DNA from: the human T2T-CHM13v2.0 reference genome, Homo sapiens
Strand: one strand, 5' to 3'
Assembly: GCF_009914755.1 (NCBI RefSeq)
Contig: NC_060928.1
Length of the DNA stretch: 64,000 nt
Part shown: positions 44,242 through 58,092 of the stretch, in pieces
Layout: each line of letters opens with the position of its first letter
Position numbering within the stretch: the stretch's first letter is position 1
Made by a program: the position numbers and the translations under genes
The notes under the pieces: model-generated
Database searches by the model: none
The model's input: only the letters and a program-made list of their open reading frames with translations
Told to the model about the DNA's origin: nothing

Positions 44242-46076
44242 ACATATATATGACATTGCCTTTATCCACTCATTGCTTGATGGGCATGTAGGCTGGTACC
44301 ATATTTTTGCAATTGTGAATTCTGCTGGTATAAACATGGGTGTGTAGTTATCTTTTTCATATAGTAACTTCTTTTCCACTGGGTAGATACCCAGGAGTGG
44401 GATTGCTGGATCAAATGGTAGATCTACTTTCAATTACTTAAGGAATCTCCACACTGTTTTCCATAGTGGTTATACTAGTTTACATTCCCACCAACAGTGT
44501 AAAGTGTTCCCTTTTTACCACATCCACACCAGCATCTATTATTTTTTGATTTTTTTATTTATGGCCATTCTTGCAGGAGTGAGGTAGTATCGCATTATGG
44601 TTTTGATTTGCATTTCCCTGATCATTAGTGATGTTAAGCATTTTTTTAACATTTGTTGGCCATTTGTATATCTTCTTTTGAGAATTGTCTATTCATGTCC
44701 TTAGCCCACTTTTTGATGGGATTGTTTGTTTTTCTTGCTGATTTGTTTGAGTTGTTTGTAGATTCTGGATATCAGTCTTTTGTCAGATACATAGATTACA
44801 AAGATTTTCTCCCACTCTGTGGGTTGCCTGTTTATTCTGCTGATTATTTCTTTTGCTGTGCAGAAGCTTTTCAGTTTAATTAAGTCCCATCTATTTATCT
44901 ATGCTTTTGTTGCATTTGCTTTTGGTTCACAGTCATGAAGTCTTTCCCTAAGCCAATGTCTAGAAGGGTTTTTCCAATGTTATCTTCTATAATTTTTATG
45001 ATTTCCTGTCTTAGATTTAAGTTTCTGATCTATCTTGAGTTGATTTCTGTATAGTGTGAGAGATAAGGATCCAATTTCATTCTTCTATACATGGCTTACC
45101 AATCATCCCAGCACCATTTGTTGAATAGGATGTCGCTTACCCACTTTATGTTTTTGTTTGCTTTGTTGAAGATCAGTTGACTGTTAGTATTTGGCTTTGT
45201 TTTGAGATTCTCTATTCTGTTCAATTGGTCTATATGTCTATTTACATATCGGTACCATGCTGTTTTGGTGCCTATGGCTTTATTGTATAGTTAGAACTCC
45301 AGTAATGTAATGGTTCCAGATTTGTTCTTTTTTTAGTCTTGCTTTGGGTATGTGGGCTCTTGTTTTATTCCATATGAATTTTAGGATTTTTTTTCCTAGT
45401 TCTGTGAAGAATGATGGTGGTATTTTTATGGGAATTGCACTGAATTTGTAGATTGCTTTTGGCAGTATGGTCAACCAGCATCTATTTATGATTAGCCCTT
45501 AGCAAAATTGGTATAGAGGAGACATACCTCCAGGTAATAAAAGCCATCTATGACAAACCCACAGCCAACATTATACTGAAGGGGAAAAATTTAAAAGCAT
45601 TCCCCGCTGCAAGCACTGGAACAAGACAAGGATACCTACTTTCACAACTGCTGTTCTTCCCCAGAGCAATCAGACAAGAGAAAGAAATAAAGGGCATCCA
45701 AATTGCTAATGAGGAAGAAAAACTGCCCCTCTTTGATTATGACATGATTGTAATACCTAGAAAACCCTAAATCCTCATCCAAAAAGCTCCCTGAACTGGT
45801 AAATGGATTCAGCAAAGTTTCAGGATACAAAATTAGTGTACACAAATCAGTAGGCCTGCTATACACCAACAGCCACCAAGCTAAGAATCAAATCAAGAAC
45901 TCAACTTCTTTTACAACAGCTGCAAAATAAATAAAATACTTAGAAATATACTTAACCAAAAAGGTGATAGACTTCTACAAGAAAACTACAAAACACTTCT
46001 GAATGTAATCATAGATGACACAAAGAAATGGAAACACATCCCATGCTCATGGTTGGGTAGGAACAATACTGTGAAA
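43828..46076 (-). mobile_element. L1PB1-type 5'-truncated insertion with 5' inversion (minus 43828-45473, plus 45474-46076)
   Basis: L1PB1-like 3' UTR next to poly(T). The strand switches at 45473/45474 and the inverted piece ends at 'gtgaaaa', contiguous in L1 with 'tgaccatactgcc' where the non-inverted piece starts. Confidence 0.88.
44162..44238. repeat. (TG)n followed by an uninterrupted (TA)22 microsatellite
   Basis: Read directly; TA run 44194-44238. Confidence 0.95.
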
Positions 46077-46301
46077 ACACAGTATTTTAAAATGTAAAAT
46101 GATCACTTTTTAATTTTAATCAAGGGTTATTGAAAGTGCATATTTAGTAAAGGTAAATATGTAGAGGAGATTAACAAGAGGCTTGTCATTTTTAGAGCCC
46201 ATATCTGTTTAAATAAGTCTGACTGGGTTGAATGAGGTAATATTGGTATGATAGAATTAAGACACAAGTGAAACTTGGTATTTATTGGAAAGTAGTTATC
46301 A

Positions 46302-46658
<357 letters not shown>

Positions 46659-47289
46659 TTATTGGCTTTTTCAGAAACATCTAAGAATTATACACTACAT
46701 GAATATTTTGTATGTCAATATACATGAGCGGAGAAGATTTTTGCTTTTCCTTGATGTGTTTTGAAGTATTTTAGAAACTATTTTAGGAGTGTTTTCAAAG
46801 CTAAAGCATTTTACCTTTTGTAACATTTGAATATTTGATATGTGTAAATAATTTGAATGCACTAAAGGCTGAATTTAATTAACTACAATCTGAATGAATA
46901 AAAATAAAGAATAAAAGTAAATAACATAATTTGAGATAATAAAACATACTGTGTAAACATACAGTATTAGGATGGAATTTCTTGTTTAATTTATGAATTC
47001 AGACTAAAAGAAAAAAAGTCCTAATTTATTTTATTGTAATTTTGTGGGGGAATAAATGTATTTTATTGCAAATCACTGCATGGAATTAAAGTGTTAAATA
47101 GAATATACCTTATAGGCCAGTATATGTTTGAACAAATCACTCTGGCATTTTATAGTTTATTCATTTAGTCACTCACAAATCATAAATTACATTCCTACAC
47201 ATACCAAACTCTGTACTAGTGGTGATTAGCTTTTACCTATTCCTTTCCATTCTACATCAGACACTCTATTAGAAGCCTGTTTCTTCACA

Positions 47290-47760
47290 CACATGAAGAC
47301 TGAGATTTAGGTAAGTCATTTGTCCAGGATCACATAGCAAGAAGTGATATAAAACAGATTTGAACCTATGCAATTTAATTTCAGAGTTGACTACACATAA
47401 ACATTATATATACTTTCTAGGACTTGACACAGTTTCTCAAAAGGCTTACAATACTGAAGTAGAGAATAGAATTATAAACTAGAAAATCTTGAAAATAAGG
47501 GAAGTATGTATTAGTATGCAAATCTTAATCAATTTTTTTAACGAAGCACAAAGAGAGAAAGAAATTTTGGGGTAATAGTGTAGAAGCGATGAGTATTCAC
47601 AGAGTCAGATTTGAGTTCCATCTTGTATCAATCACTTACTTGATGAGAAATTTTGGGCAAGTAATTTAACATTTCTAAGCCTCATTTTTATTACCTCTAA
47701 AGTGAGACTATTAATACCTACTCCATGGAACAGATTTGAAGATTAAGTAAAACGACACAC
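47290..47760. mobile_element. Two MIR fragments (minus ~47290-47400, plus ~47570-47760)
   Basis: 'gactgagatttaggtaagtcatttgtccaggatcacatagc' and 'ttgggcaagtaatttaacatttctaagcctcattttta'. Confidence 0.65.
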
Positions 47761-47769
47761 AAGGCCAAA

Positions 47770-50250
47770 GCAGCATAGCAAAGGCTTGGAGAACTGAACT
47801 ATGTCATAGACTACTGGCAATATCTCAGATTAATCCTGAGTGGAACAAGTATGGGACACACAGAAAGCAGCACAGGAAAAACTTTAAAAACTGTAAAGTT
47901 ATTGGAAACACAAATAGCAAAACATCAAAACAGTGTATGCAGTCTGAGTTGAACAATGTTGATTTCCTGCTAAACAAAACCAGGAAACCCCACAGCAGTT
48001 CTCCAGAGAATTTAGCAGGACCAATAATCTCACAACATAGTTTTAAAATTTACTCAAGGTCTAAAGAACAAGAAAAATGTTATTTATTTCAAAGTTATTA
48101 GCAAGAGGAAAAGCTATAACTAGTACCAACCCCAACCCCAAGATAAATAAGATGTTGAAATTATCAATGAAGTCTTAAAGCAGCTATAATAACCATATTC
48201 CTTGAGATAAAAGTAATAATCTTAAAATAAATGGAAGAACAGAAGTTCTCAGCAGAGGGTTAGAAACTATAAAACACAAATGGTAACTTTAGAACTAAAA
48301 AGAAATCTAATATTTGTAAAGAATTATTGAATGAGGACCATATCAGAATGATGATCACAGTGAAATGTCAGTGAACTCAAAGAAAGATTAATAGGAATTA
48401 TCAAATCTGAAGATTAGAAAGAAAATGCATGAAAAAGAAGCATAAATGAAGCTTCAGGAGCCAATGGGACAGCATAAAATGTATAGTATTTGTGACTTTG
48501 AAAAACTAGATGAAGAGGAGAAAAAGAATAAGGCAGAAAAACAAACAACAAAACCTGAGCAAAACCTGGCCTAATATTTCCAAAACCTGGTGGAAGACAC
48601 AATTTACAGATTTACTTCTTGGTGAATGCCAAAGAAGAAAAATTCAGAAAGACTATGCTCATACAGAGTGTAACTAAGTTGCTGAAAAATCAAATAAACT
48701 TTGAAAATACCCTGAGAGAAACAAGACATTAAAAATAAGACAACAATGACATGAAAATCTGCAATTTCTCATCGGAAACCACAAAGGCCAGAAGACAGTG
48801 AAATAATATGTTCAAATGGCTGACATATAAGAATGTCAACCCAGAATTCTATATACAGAAGAAAGATCCTTTACTTAGAAAAGTAGAACAAAGGTATTTT
48901 TTAAGGATGAAAAATTTTTGGGAGACATGCTTTAATGAAGTGCTGATGAAGGTTCTTCAACCAAAATGGAAATGTTACCAGAAAGAAACATCAATAATGA
49001 AGGAAATGATAAATATTGAACAGATGTGGTGGATTATTTCTTTCCAGAAGTGTTTATTAAAATATGTAGAACAATTTAAAGCATAAATTATACCATCAAA
49101 TAGGGGGAGGTTTAAAATGTATGTAGATACAATGCTTATGACAACTATAACATAAAGAGGAGGTAGTAAAATGAATAATATCATTGTAACTCTTCTATAT
49201 TTTATGTAAAGTAGTAAAACGTTAACTCTGTGGAAGATTACTTATGTGTATTTCAATCCCTAGTACATTCATTAAAAAATTATACAAAGAGATATTGTAA
49301 AAGTCGGTAGATAGTTAAAATTGTTTATGAAAAATATCCAAATAATCAAACAAAAGGCAGAAAAGAGAGCAAAATACCAAGGATACAAACAGAAAACAAA
49401 GCTAAATCCAATATTTCAATGTTATATTTAATACAAATGGTCTAAAACTTCAAATAAAATATATTATTAGATTAGATTTAAAAATAAAAGCAATGCATAT
49501 ACCTTAAATATAATGATATAGAGATGTTAAAGTACAAGTATAAAATAACTTACATTTTAATATCAAAGTATGTTTCAGAGTAAAAATAATATGACCAGGT
49601 ATAAAAGTCATTTCATAACAATAAAGGTTTCAACTAATCAAAAGGACATAACAATTGTAAACACCTACACCTTTAATAACATTACTTAAAAATACATAAA
49701 AACTTAATGGAACTGCAGAAGATTTAGACAAATTCACAGTTAACAAATACTTCTTTCTCAAAAATTGACAGACTATGCTGTCAGAAAATCAGCAAAAATA
49801 TAGTAGACTTGGATAACACTATCAACAAACTTGAGGTTATTGACATTTTTAAATATTTGTAGAACACTATACAAAAAAACAGCAGACCTGAATTCCATCA
49901 AGTGCAAAAGATAGAATATTTGCCAAGATAAATCATATTTTGAGACACAAGACAAACCTCAACAAATTTTAAAAGGTTTGTCAGACAAATTATGTTTTCC
50001 GACAACGATGAAATTAAACTCGAAAATGGTAATAGACAGATCTTGAAAAACCCACACATATTTTAAAATTTTAAAAACTTCAAATAAAATGACTTAAAAA
50101 GAAATATTAAAAAAACAAAAAAATTGAACTGAATAAAAATATAAATGCCCATGCCAAAATTTGAGGGATGCAGTTTAGCAGTAATTGGAGTAAAATAATA
50201 GCATTAAATCTTTATTAGAAAAGAAGAAAAGTCTTAAATCAGTAACTAAA
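47770..50250 (+). mobile_element. Ancient L1M ORF1 and 5' ORF2 remnant
   Basis: 'tgtcaacccagaattctatat' (ORF1 C-terminal CQPRILY-like) and endonuclease-region phrases 'acaaacctcaacaaatttt', 'gaaattaaactcgaaa'. Confidence 0.7.
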
Positions 50251-50252
50251 GT

Positions 50253-50466
50253 TAAGCATTAGCAAATTTTTCTGTATAGGTTCAGATGTTAAATATGTAA
50301 GCCTTATTAAGTCACATGGTCTCAATCACAGCTACTCAACTGCCATTTTAGTACAAAAGAAGACATAGACAATACATAAATAAATGTCCATGACCAAGTT
50401 CCAATAAAACTTTATTTACAAAAAGTAGGCAGCAGACCAGATTTGGGCATAGTTTGCCAATTGTTG
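50253..50466 (+). mobile_element. MER58A-type hAT DNA transposon
   Basis: 'cagctactcaactgcc...gttccaataaaactttatttacaaaaagtaggcagcagaccagatttgggcatagtttgcc'. Confidence 0.8.
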
Positions 50467-50514
50467 ACACTCACCTTAAAGACCTTTTTCATGCCCAAAG
50501 CATGCAGAAGGTAG

Positions 50515-51160
50515 TGAAGGCAGCGGCGGCCCTTCTGGTGCATCCACTGCAGGATGCCAGCTCCAGCATGGGAGGCGCAGCTGGGCCTGCATGCTCTGTG
50601 AAGCAAGTGGGAGCCAGGAACAGGCGAGAGTCCCGCCCCCTTCTGAGTTGGCAGTCAGTTGCCACTCAGCTGCAGCTGCGGACCCAGCATTCTGTGCTCT
50701 TAGGGGCCCGGGAAGTCCACCTGCCCCTGCAGGCTCGGAAGCGCCTGTTTCCACTGCTTGGCCTCTCCCTGCTCTTGGCGCCCAGTCCAATTTTGGAGCA
50801 AAGTTGAAGCCAAGCTTGGGTGTTGCGGCAACCTGGCTGGGTGTCCGTGTGCTTGGGGGTGGTGCTGACACGCCAGCCTCCCGCCCCCCATGCCTCAGCC
50901 CCCTATGGACTTTGGGCACCAACAAGCACAGAAGGGAGGCTGAGGGGGACTGAGGACGGCAGCGTAGTGCCAGCCTGCAGGTGGCCCTCGGCATGAACGG
51001 CCTTGACCCAATGGACCACATGATGGATAGCAGCAGGAGGCAGGCCGGTTCCTGGGTGGGAAGGGGCCGTCCTGGGTGAAGCCCCACCTTCAAGCCAGGG
51101 ATGGGCTGAAGCTTCGGGGCTGGGCTGACAGTTCCAGGTGAAGTCTGCGGCCTAGGGTGC
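50515..51160 (+). mobile_element. MER52-family ERV1 LTR, GC-rich 5' portion
   Basis: Begins 'tgaaggcagcggcggcccttctgg' like the MER52A start; has 'gggagccaggaacaggc...ccgcccccttctgagttggc'; abrupt GC drop near 51160. Confidence 0.75.
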
Positions 51161-52943
51161 TTTGTATCATGTTTATATATAGTAAAAGCACAGTTCATTT
51201 TACTTGAATTAAATGTCTACCTCAAAGATGTTTTACCATAATAAAACAGTGTGCTTCACTCAAAGTTGGTTCACTGCATTCATTAACACATTATGTTTAA
51301 GAGACTCATTTGGAGTTGAAGGTGAAGAACAATGGCGAGTTGATTTTATGATGAACCTTGTACTCTGATTATGATGTCTAGGGCAGGCAAGACATACTAA
51401 CTGAAAATTAAAACTACTAATATAAGGAAGGAAATAAATAACAGCCAAACAACCATATAGGCTAGAATTCTACCCATGTTCGTAAGAAAAATACTATAGA
51501 CTTCTGTAGCCAAGAAATATTTGTTGAGGTTGTTCTGAAACTATAATTCTTCTGAAACTTTTAGAGTAGATGTAATTTGTATAATCATGCTGAGGTAAGA
51601 AAGAAAAAGATAATCAAGGTTGGAAGAATGGAGTGAGTTTGAGAATAGTGAGTGCTATGGAGAACACGTTTAGGGTGTTTTCAGTGGGTAAATAGGATTA
51701 TTCCACAACTTTGTTTGCTGTAGTCCTCATTTTGGTTATCATATGACCTTTGAAGATCAGGAACAAATTTCACACAGGCAGCAACAGCAATTTAATTTTA
51801 GCAAATTAACCTCACGTGAGAGGAAAGAGAGGCAGCATCCCTGTATTCAAAATAATCCCTCTAAAAACTCCATTCTCTTCAACGGTGGGCACGGTGGAAC
51901 AGAGCAGTGACCAATAAATATTTGTTGAATAAATAAATCGTAAACATAAAACACACATAACAAACACATTTATTGCTTATCAAAATTCTAATGACATAAT
52001 TATGAAAACATTTACTTAAAGTTAGTACTCTGTGGAAATGTAAGCTCCCATTGGAGCATGAATTTATTTTTCTACTCTTCAGCACCATACAACAAATGTT
52101 TAGTTTAGTGCCTCATCCATGATAGGAACTTTATAAATATTTCCAACATGAAAGAAAAAAAGAATGGCTGAGTAAAGGAAAAAAACAGTATTGTTCAAAC
52201 AATGGCACCAGATAGAACTAAATTTATTTTCTTTCTTTTCTGGTGAAGGGGTTGTTTTGTGTGTAATTTGTTTTAAAATAGAATAAAATATGCAATAATT
52301 AATAAATACAATAAAGGCAAATGGAGAGAAGTAAAATTTTTACCATTTTTATGTATTGTAAACAGTTTTGCATTTAAGATATATACACAATACCACAAGA
52401 ATAAAAGAAAGGAAGAAAGTGGAAATGAAAAGAAAATAATAACAAATATTTATAATAAAGGAAGGAAGACTTAAAATTTAAAGAGGTGACAAATTTTCTT
52501 TCTTCTGTTTTAATTCTTTTAAGTTATTACTAGCTATATTGGTCACAGAGGCATAAATTGAGGTAATGATACATGATGAATATCCAAAAGCCTTTTTAAA
52601 TTGAAAAACATATTAACTTTAGATAAAATATGTAAATGTACCAATAATATTTTTGTAAATGTTCACTATACTGTATTCCATTTGTTCCTATCTACAAAAA
52701 GTGACTATGAAGTATTATATTAAGTAATCTAAGGAAAATAATACACACAGTTCTCTATCAGCAAAGGTGGGAGATACATGAATTTTTTCAGACTTATCAG
52801 AGTATGGAAATGGAAAACTATAATTTCCAGGTAATTAATTGCTAATGTAATTACCTGGAAAAAGGTTTATAACTTGTTCCTCCAGAAAACACATTTTTTT
52901 ATCCCCTCATAATGAGAGAAAATTTTACAAGTTTTAAAAACTC

Positions 52944-53153
52944 TTTTTTTTTAAATTTTATTTTATTTTATTATTATCATACTTTAAGTTTTAGGGTACA
53001 TGTGCACAATGTGCAGGTTTGTTACATATGTATACATGTGTCATGTTGGTGTGCTGCACCCATTAACTCATCATTTAGCATTAGGTATATCTCCTAATGC
53101 TATCCCTCCCCCCCCCCTCCCCACAACAGTCCCCTGAGTGTGATGTTCCCCTT
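52944..53153 (-). mobile_element. Short L1PA3/PA4 3'-UTR fragment
   Basis: Reverse complement of the L1 3' end ('ctttaagttttagggtacatgtgcac...gtgatgttcccctt'); no TSD recognised. Confidence 0.9.
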
Positions 53154-53769
53154 AATATTTTTCCATTTACACATTATTCAGCTCCTTCACATTACCAAGA
53201 AATCCCCAACATTTACCAGTCTCTCATCTGAAAACATTTATTGCTATCAGCTTAAAATTAGCACTTAGAAATTTTAATAAGTAAAATTGAGTTTAAATGT
53301 GAAAACTTACTACATAAATATTAAATAAACATAAATGTGGACTCTATCAAGAACCCCCCAAAATGTTATGTATTTTTCTGAATATATGCTTTGCTTATTT
53401 TAAGATATTTTTTAAAAATTAAAAATATAAACAAGAGAAAGATCTGTCATTCACTATAAAATCTTAAAGTATATTACATATTAATTTCACTGTTTGTATC
53501 TATGAATATGCATATATACTATACACACCTATATAGATACACCATATTTTTTCATATCCTCACAAAGAAAAATTTGTCCATATTTTAGGACAAAAGCAAT
53601 AAGCATGAGCTTATTGGTCCTCTGTTTCTTAATTATGTGTATCTACCATGTGTCCACTTTTATATTTGATTTTTAAACATTTTCTTATCCATTGTAATTT
53701 AGTAATATAAAGGGTATTATATCAAAGATTAGCTCTTAAAAATGATCATAACTAACATTTACCGAATTT

Positions 53770-54120
53770 GTTACGTGTTTTGCTGTTCTAACTTCTATAT
53801 CAAAGGAACACTACAACTTAGTGACTTAAAATCATCATTTAAATTTGTTCATAATTGCATGACTCAAGAATTCAAGGAGGACTTAGCTATATATTCAACT
53901 CTGGTACACATGAAATTAGCATGGTACCTGGGGCTGGAGGACCTACTTCAAAGTTGGCTTCTTCACTGACAGTCTGACACTCCCGTGCCCCTTGGCCTCT
54001 ATATTTTTCAACATGATGTTTCTCTTCCAAGACTTCTTCATGGACTTGGACTTTTCACAGCATGGCAATTTCAGGTCAGTTGTTTATATTGGCTTACTTT
54101 CCTTAGAGCTAACATTTCAA
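53770..54120 (-). mobile_element. MLT1-type MaLR LTR fragment
   Basis: 'acaacttagtgacttaaaa...tggggctggaggacctacttcaaagttggcttcttcact...cacagcatggca'. Confidence 0.6.
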
Positions 54121-54129
54121 TAACAACTA

Positions 54130-56230
54130 TTACAAGTTACCTGGACACAAATTGAATCACTCATATATTGTTGGTGAGAATATAAAATGGTATAGACACT
54201 CTAAAAATTAGTTTTGCAGTTGCTATTACAAAACGAAACAATCAATTTTCATGCAATCCAACACGTTCACTCTTGAGTATTTAACCCAGAAAAAAATGAA
54301 AATTTATGTTCACACAAAAACCGATAAAAATAAAAATTTATGTTCACACAAAAACGTTCATCGAAGCTTTATTCATAATAGTCAAACACTGGGTATACAC
54401 CACATATGCTGTAGTACATTTTTACCATGAAATGCCCTTCGACAATAAAAAAAATTGATGAATGATGCAAAAACTTAGAAGAATCTCTAGAGAATTATGC
54501 TGTGTGAAAAGATCAGTATCAGAATTTTGCATACAGTAGAATCCAATTTATAAAACATTATTGGAATGACAAATTATAGAAATGAAGAACATATTAGTTA
54601 TTTACAGGGCTGAGAGATGAGGAAAGAAATGGTATGAGAATTTATTATAAAAAAGTGACAGAGGAATCATTGTGGTGCTGGAACTGTTCTGCACCTTGAC
54701 TGCGGTGGTGGCTACACAAGCCTGCACATGTTTTAAAATTTCATAGAACTTCATAGAAACTGTGCAAATAAATCAGTACTTGTAAAACTGGAGAAAGCTG
54801 AATAAGATCAGTTCATTTTACTAATGTCAATATACTGGTTATGGTACTGTACTGGTGTTAAAAGGTGTTACCATAGGAAAAAACTGAATAGGATACATTG
54901 AATGTCTCTATATTAGTTCTTAAAACTGCATGGGTCTACAGTTATTTCAAAATAAACATAATTAATTTTAAAAAGCAAAGCCAAAATGTACAAATGTATA
55001 TGTAAAAATGTTTTATTATTTTAAAATAATGCATTTTAATATCACAAATGATAAAAGGATATTTCTTGTCAGCCTTTACATTCAACACAAAATTGGTTGT
55101 TTAGCCATAAACATAAGAAAATACAAAGAAATAAAATTCATTAGAAATGAAAACAAAAATATCAGTGATGCCAGATGTTATGATTCTAGACTGAAATAAA
55201 ACTCAAGTTTACAAAAAGTTTACAAAAGCAAGTAATTAAAATTAATAAAGTTAGGCAAGTTTGACATACACAAGGTCAATATACAAAAATCAAATGATGT
55301 CTGAAATTTAAGAATAGTATCAAAAATAAATTATGAATAAATCTAAGGTTCTACAAAAGCTTTTTAAATGAAATTATACCATATTATATATTGAAAGAAA
55401 TGAAACAGGATATAAAACGTTATATCATATTCATAGGAAAAGATATTACAAAGATGACAAATGTCTCTAAATTGAGATATAGATTTAATGTGATTCTATT
55501 TATAATCATAACAATATATTTTTTCTACTTGACAACTTTATTCTAAATTATTTGGAAAAGTAAAGGGACAAGAAAAACAGAAAAATTCCTGAAAACAGAC
55601 AAGGAAAAAGGAATTCTAGTTTTAAATATAACGACTTCTTCTAAAGCTATAAATATTTAGGACAGTGTGGAAATAGTACAAAAAAGGCAAATAAAAAAGG
55701 AGAACAGAATAGAAAGCTACAGACCTATACATTTATGGAATATGGATATAACAGAAGTGTTTGTTCAAATCAGTGGAACTGGATAGACTATTTAAGTATT
55801 TATGGATTACTTTATTATATAGATTTTTCAAATTAAAATAACATTCATACCTTAAGCAAAACGAATTTCACATGGCTTAATGGATAAAAAATGATACATT
55901 GAAATGTATTAAATTTAAGTACTTATATTCATCAAAAGACTCATAAAAACAAAGTGAACACCAAACCCTATGAATCTGAAAAGATATTTGAAACACATTT
56001 AGCAGTCACGAATTCAAATTTAGAAAATATGAAGAACACCTAAGATAAATAACAAAAAGGTAAATATTACAATGGAAAAGTGGACAAGGAAAACTGACAG
56101 AGCATTTCATCAAAAATCAAAATATAAGTGGCCCATAACAGTAGGAAAATGACCAATTTTATCATAAAAATGAAATACAATGAAATAGCATTGCATGCCT
56201 ATCACATTGGTTGAAAAGGATGTTGAACAA
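54130..56230 (+). mobile_element. Old L1M fragments (L1MC/MD 3' end ~54130-54975; ORF2-like remnant ~55050-56230)
   Basis: 'gttggtgagaatataaaatggtatagacactct', 'ggaactgttctgcaccttgactgcggtggtggctacac', 'caaggtcaatatacaaaaatcaa'. Confidence 0.65.
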
Positions 56231-57894
56231 CAGAAGCTCTTTTTTTCCAGTTTTAAATTGATACATAATAATTGTATATATTTATAAAGTGCATATGATA
56301 TTTTGATACATCTGCATTTTGATGTATTTTGATACAGATTGCATACAATCTGTTATGATCAAATCAAAGTAATTAGAATATCCATCACCTCAAACACTTA
56401 TCATTTCTTTATATTGAGAACCATCTAAATCTTTCGAAATATTCAATAAATTATTGTTAACTATAGTCACCCTACTGTGCTCTCAAACACTAGAGTTTAC
56501 TCCTTCTATTTAACTGTATCTTTGTGCCCATTAACCAACCTTATCCCTCTCTTCCCAACACTTTCCAGCCTCTGGTTATGATCATTCTACCTTCTATTTC
56601 CAAGAGATAAACTTTTGTAGCTTCCACATATGAACGACAATATGTACCATTTGTCTTTCTCTGCCTGGCTCACTAAAGGTAACATAATGACCTGAAGTTC
56701 CAAGTATGTTGTTGCAAATGACATGATTATATTCTTTTTAATGGCTGAATACTATGCCATTATGTATGTATACCGCATTTTCTTTATTTATTCATCAGTG
56801 TTGGATACTTAGGTTAATTTCATATCTTGGCTACTGTGAATATAGCTGCAGTAAACATGGGAGTGCAGACATCCCTTTACTATAGCAATTTATATATATA
56901 TATATATATATATATGGCAGTAGGGATTGCTGGAAAGTTCTATTTTTAGTTTTTTGTGGAACCTCCATACTATTTTCCATGGTAGCTGCACTAACTTAAC
57001 ATTCCTACCAACAGTACACTAGTATCCCCCTTTCTCTGCATCCTCACTAGACTCTCCTTTCCACAATGTTTATTCTTGGTGCCTTTGATATCTTTTTAGA
57101 AAGTTCACTATTAACTAAAGTTTGTATGTTGATTCTATACTATGAAACGTTATGGGATTGGTTTATGTGTTGTCAAGAGTTATATGTTAGACTGTTTAGT
57201 TTTTTCTGTATATAAGATCATGTCATATGCAAACAGGGACAAATTGACTTCCTTCTTTCCAATTCAGATGCCTTTTGTTTCTTTCTCTTGTCTAACTGCT
57301 TTAGGTTGACTTCCAGTACCATGTTGAATAATGGTGAAAGTGAGCATCCTCGTCTTTTTCCAGATCTTAAGCAAAGTCTTTCGTTTTTTTTCCTGTTCAG
57401 TACGGTATTAACTGTGGATTTGTTACATATGGACTTTATTGTTTTGAGGTCTGTTCCTTCTATACCCAGTTGAAAGTTTTTAATTATGAAGAGATGTTAA
57501 ATTTTATTGAATGATTTTTCAACATCAGTTGAAATGATTACGATTTTTTTCTTCTTCATTCTGTTAACATAATGTATCATTCACAGTTTGCATATATTGA
57601 TATACAAACTAATGGTCAATGATATTTTTATTGTGTTGTTGAATTCAGTTTGCTAGTATTTTGGTGAGAATTTTTGCATCTGTGTTCAATAGGGACATTG
57701 TCCTGTAGTTTTCTCTTTGTTATCTTCTTTTCTGGGTTTAGTGTCAGGGTAATTCTGGCCTTAAAAAATAAGTTTGAAAGTATTCCTTCCTACTTAATTA
57801 TTTGGAACAGTACAGTAGAATTACTTTTCATTTTTATTCAATAGGTAGAATCTAGCAGTGAAGCTCTAAGGTCCTGGGCTTTTCTCTGGATTTT

Positions 57895-58092
57895 AAAATT
57901 ATTTTTTATTAATTGTAAATATTATATTTATATTTATATAATAATAAAATATATTATTTTAATATATTTAAAATAATATATTTAAAATAAAATAATAAAA
58001 AATATAATTATTTTTTATTATTTTTTATTATAGTATTAAATTATATTAAATTATATTAAATTATAATTTTTAATTATAGGTTTTTTTATTAT
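57895..58092. repeat. AT-rich low-complexity expansion inside L1MA
   Basis: About 200 bp almost devoid of G/C, with internal tandem and inverted units. Confidence 0.9.

Noticed and set aside
50412-51198. 240-aa and overlapping ORFs suggesting a gene or CpG-island exon
   Set aside because: They lie within a GC-rich MER52-type LTR and have no recognisable protein features
54299-54355. 23-bp direct repeat with an 11-bp spacer (and a ~37-bp diverged tandem pair at 13289-13362)
   Set aside because: Two-copy local slippage duplications in or next to decayed repeats; not an array and not CRISPR-like
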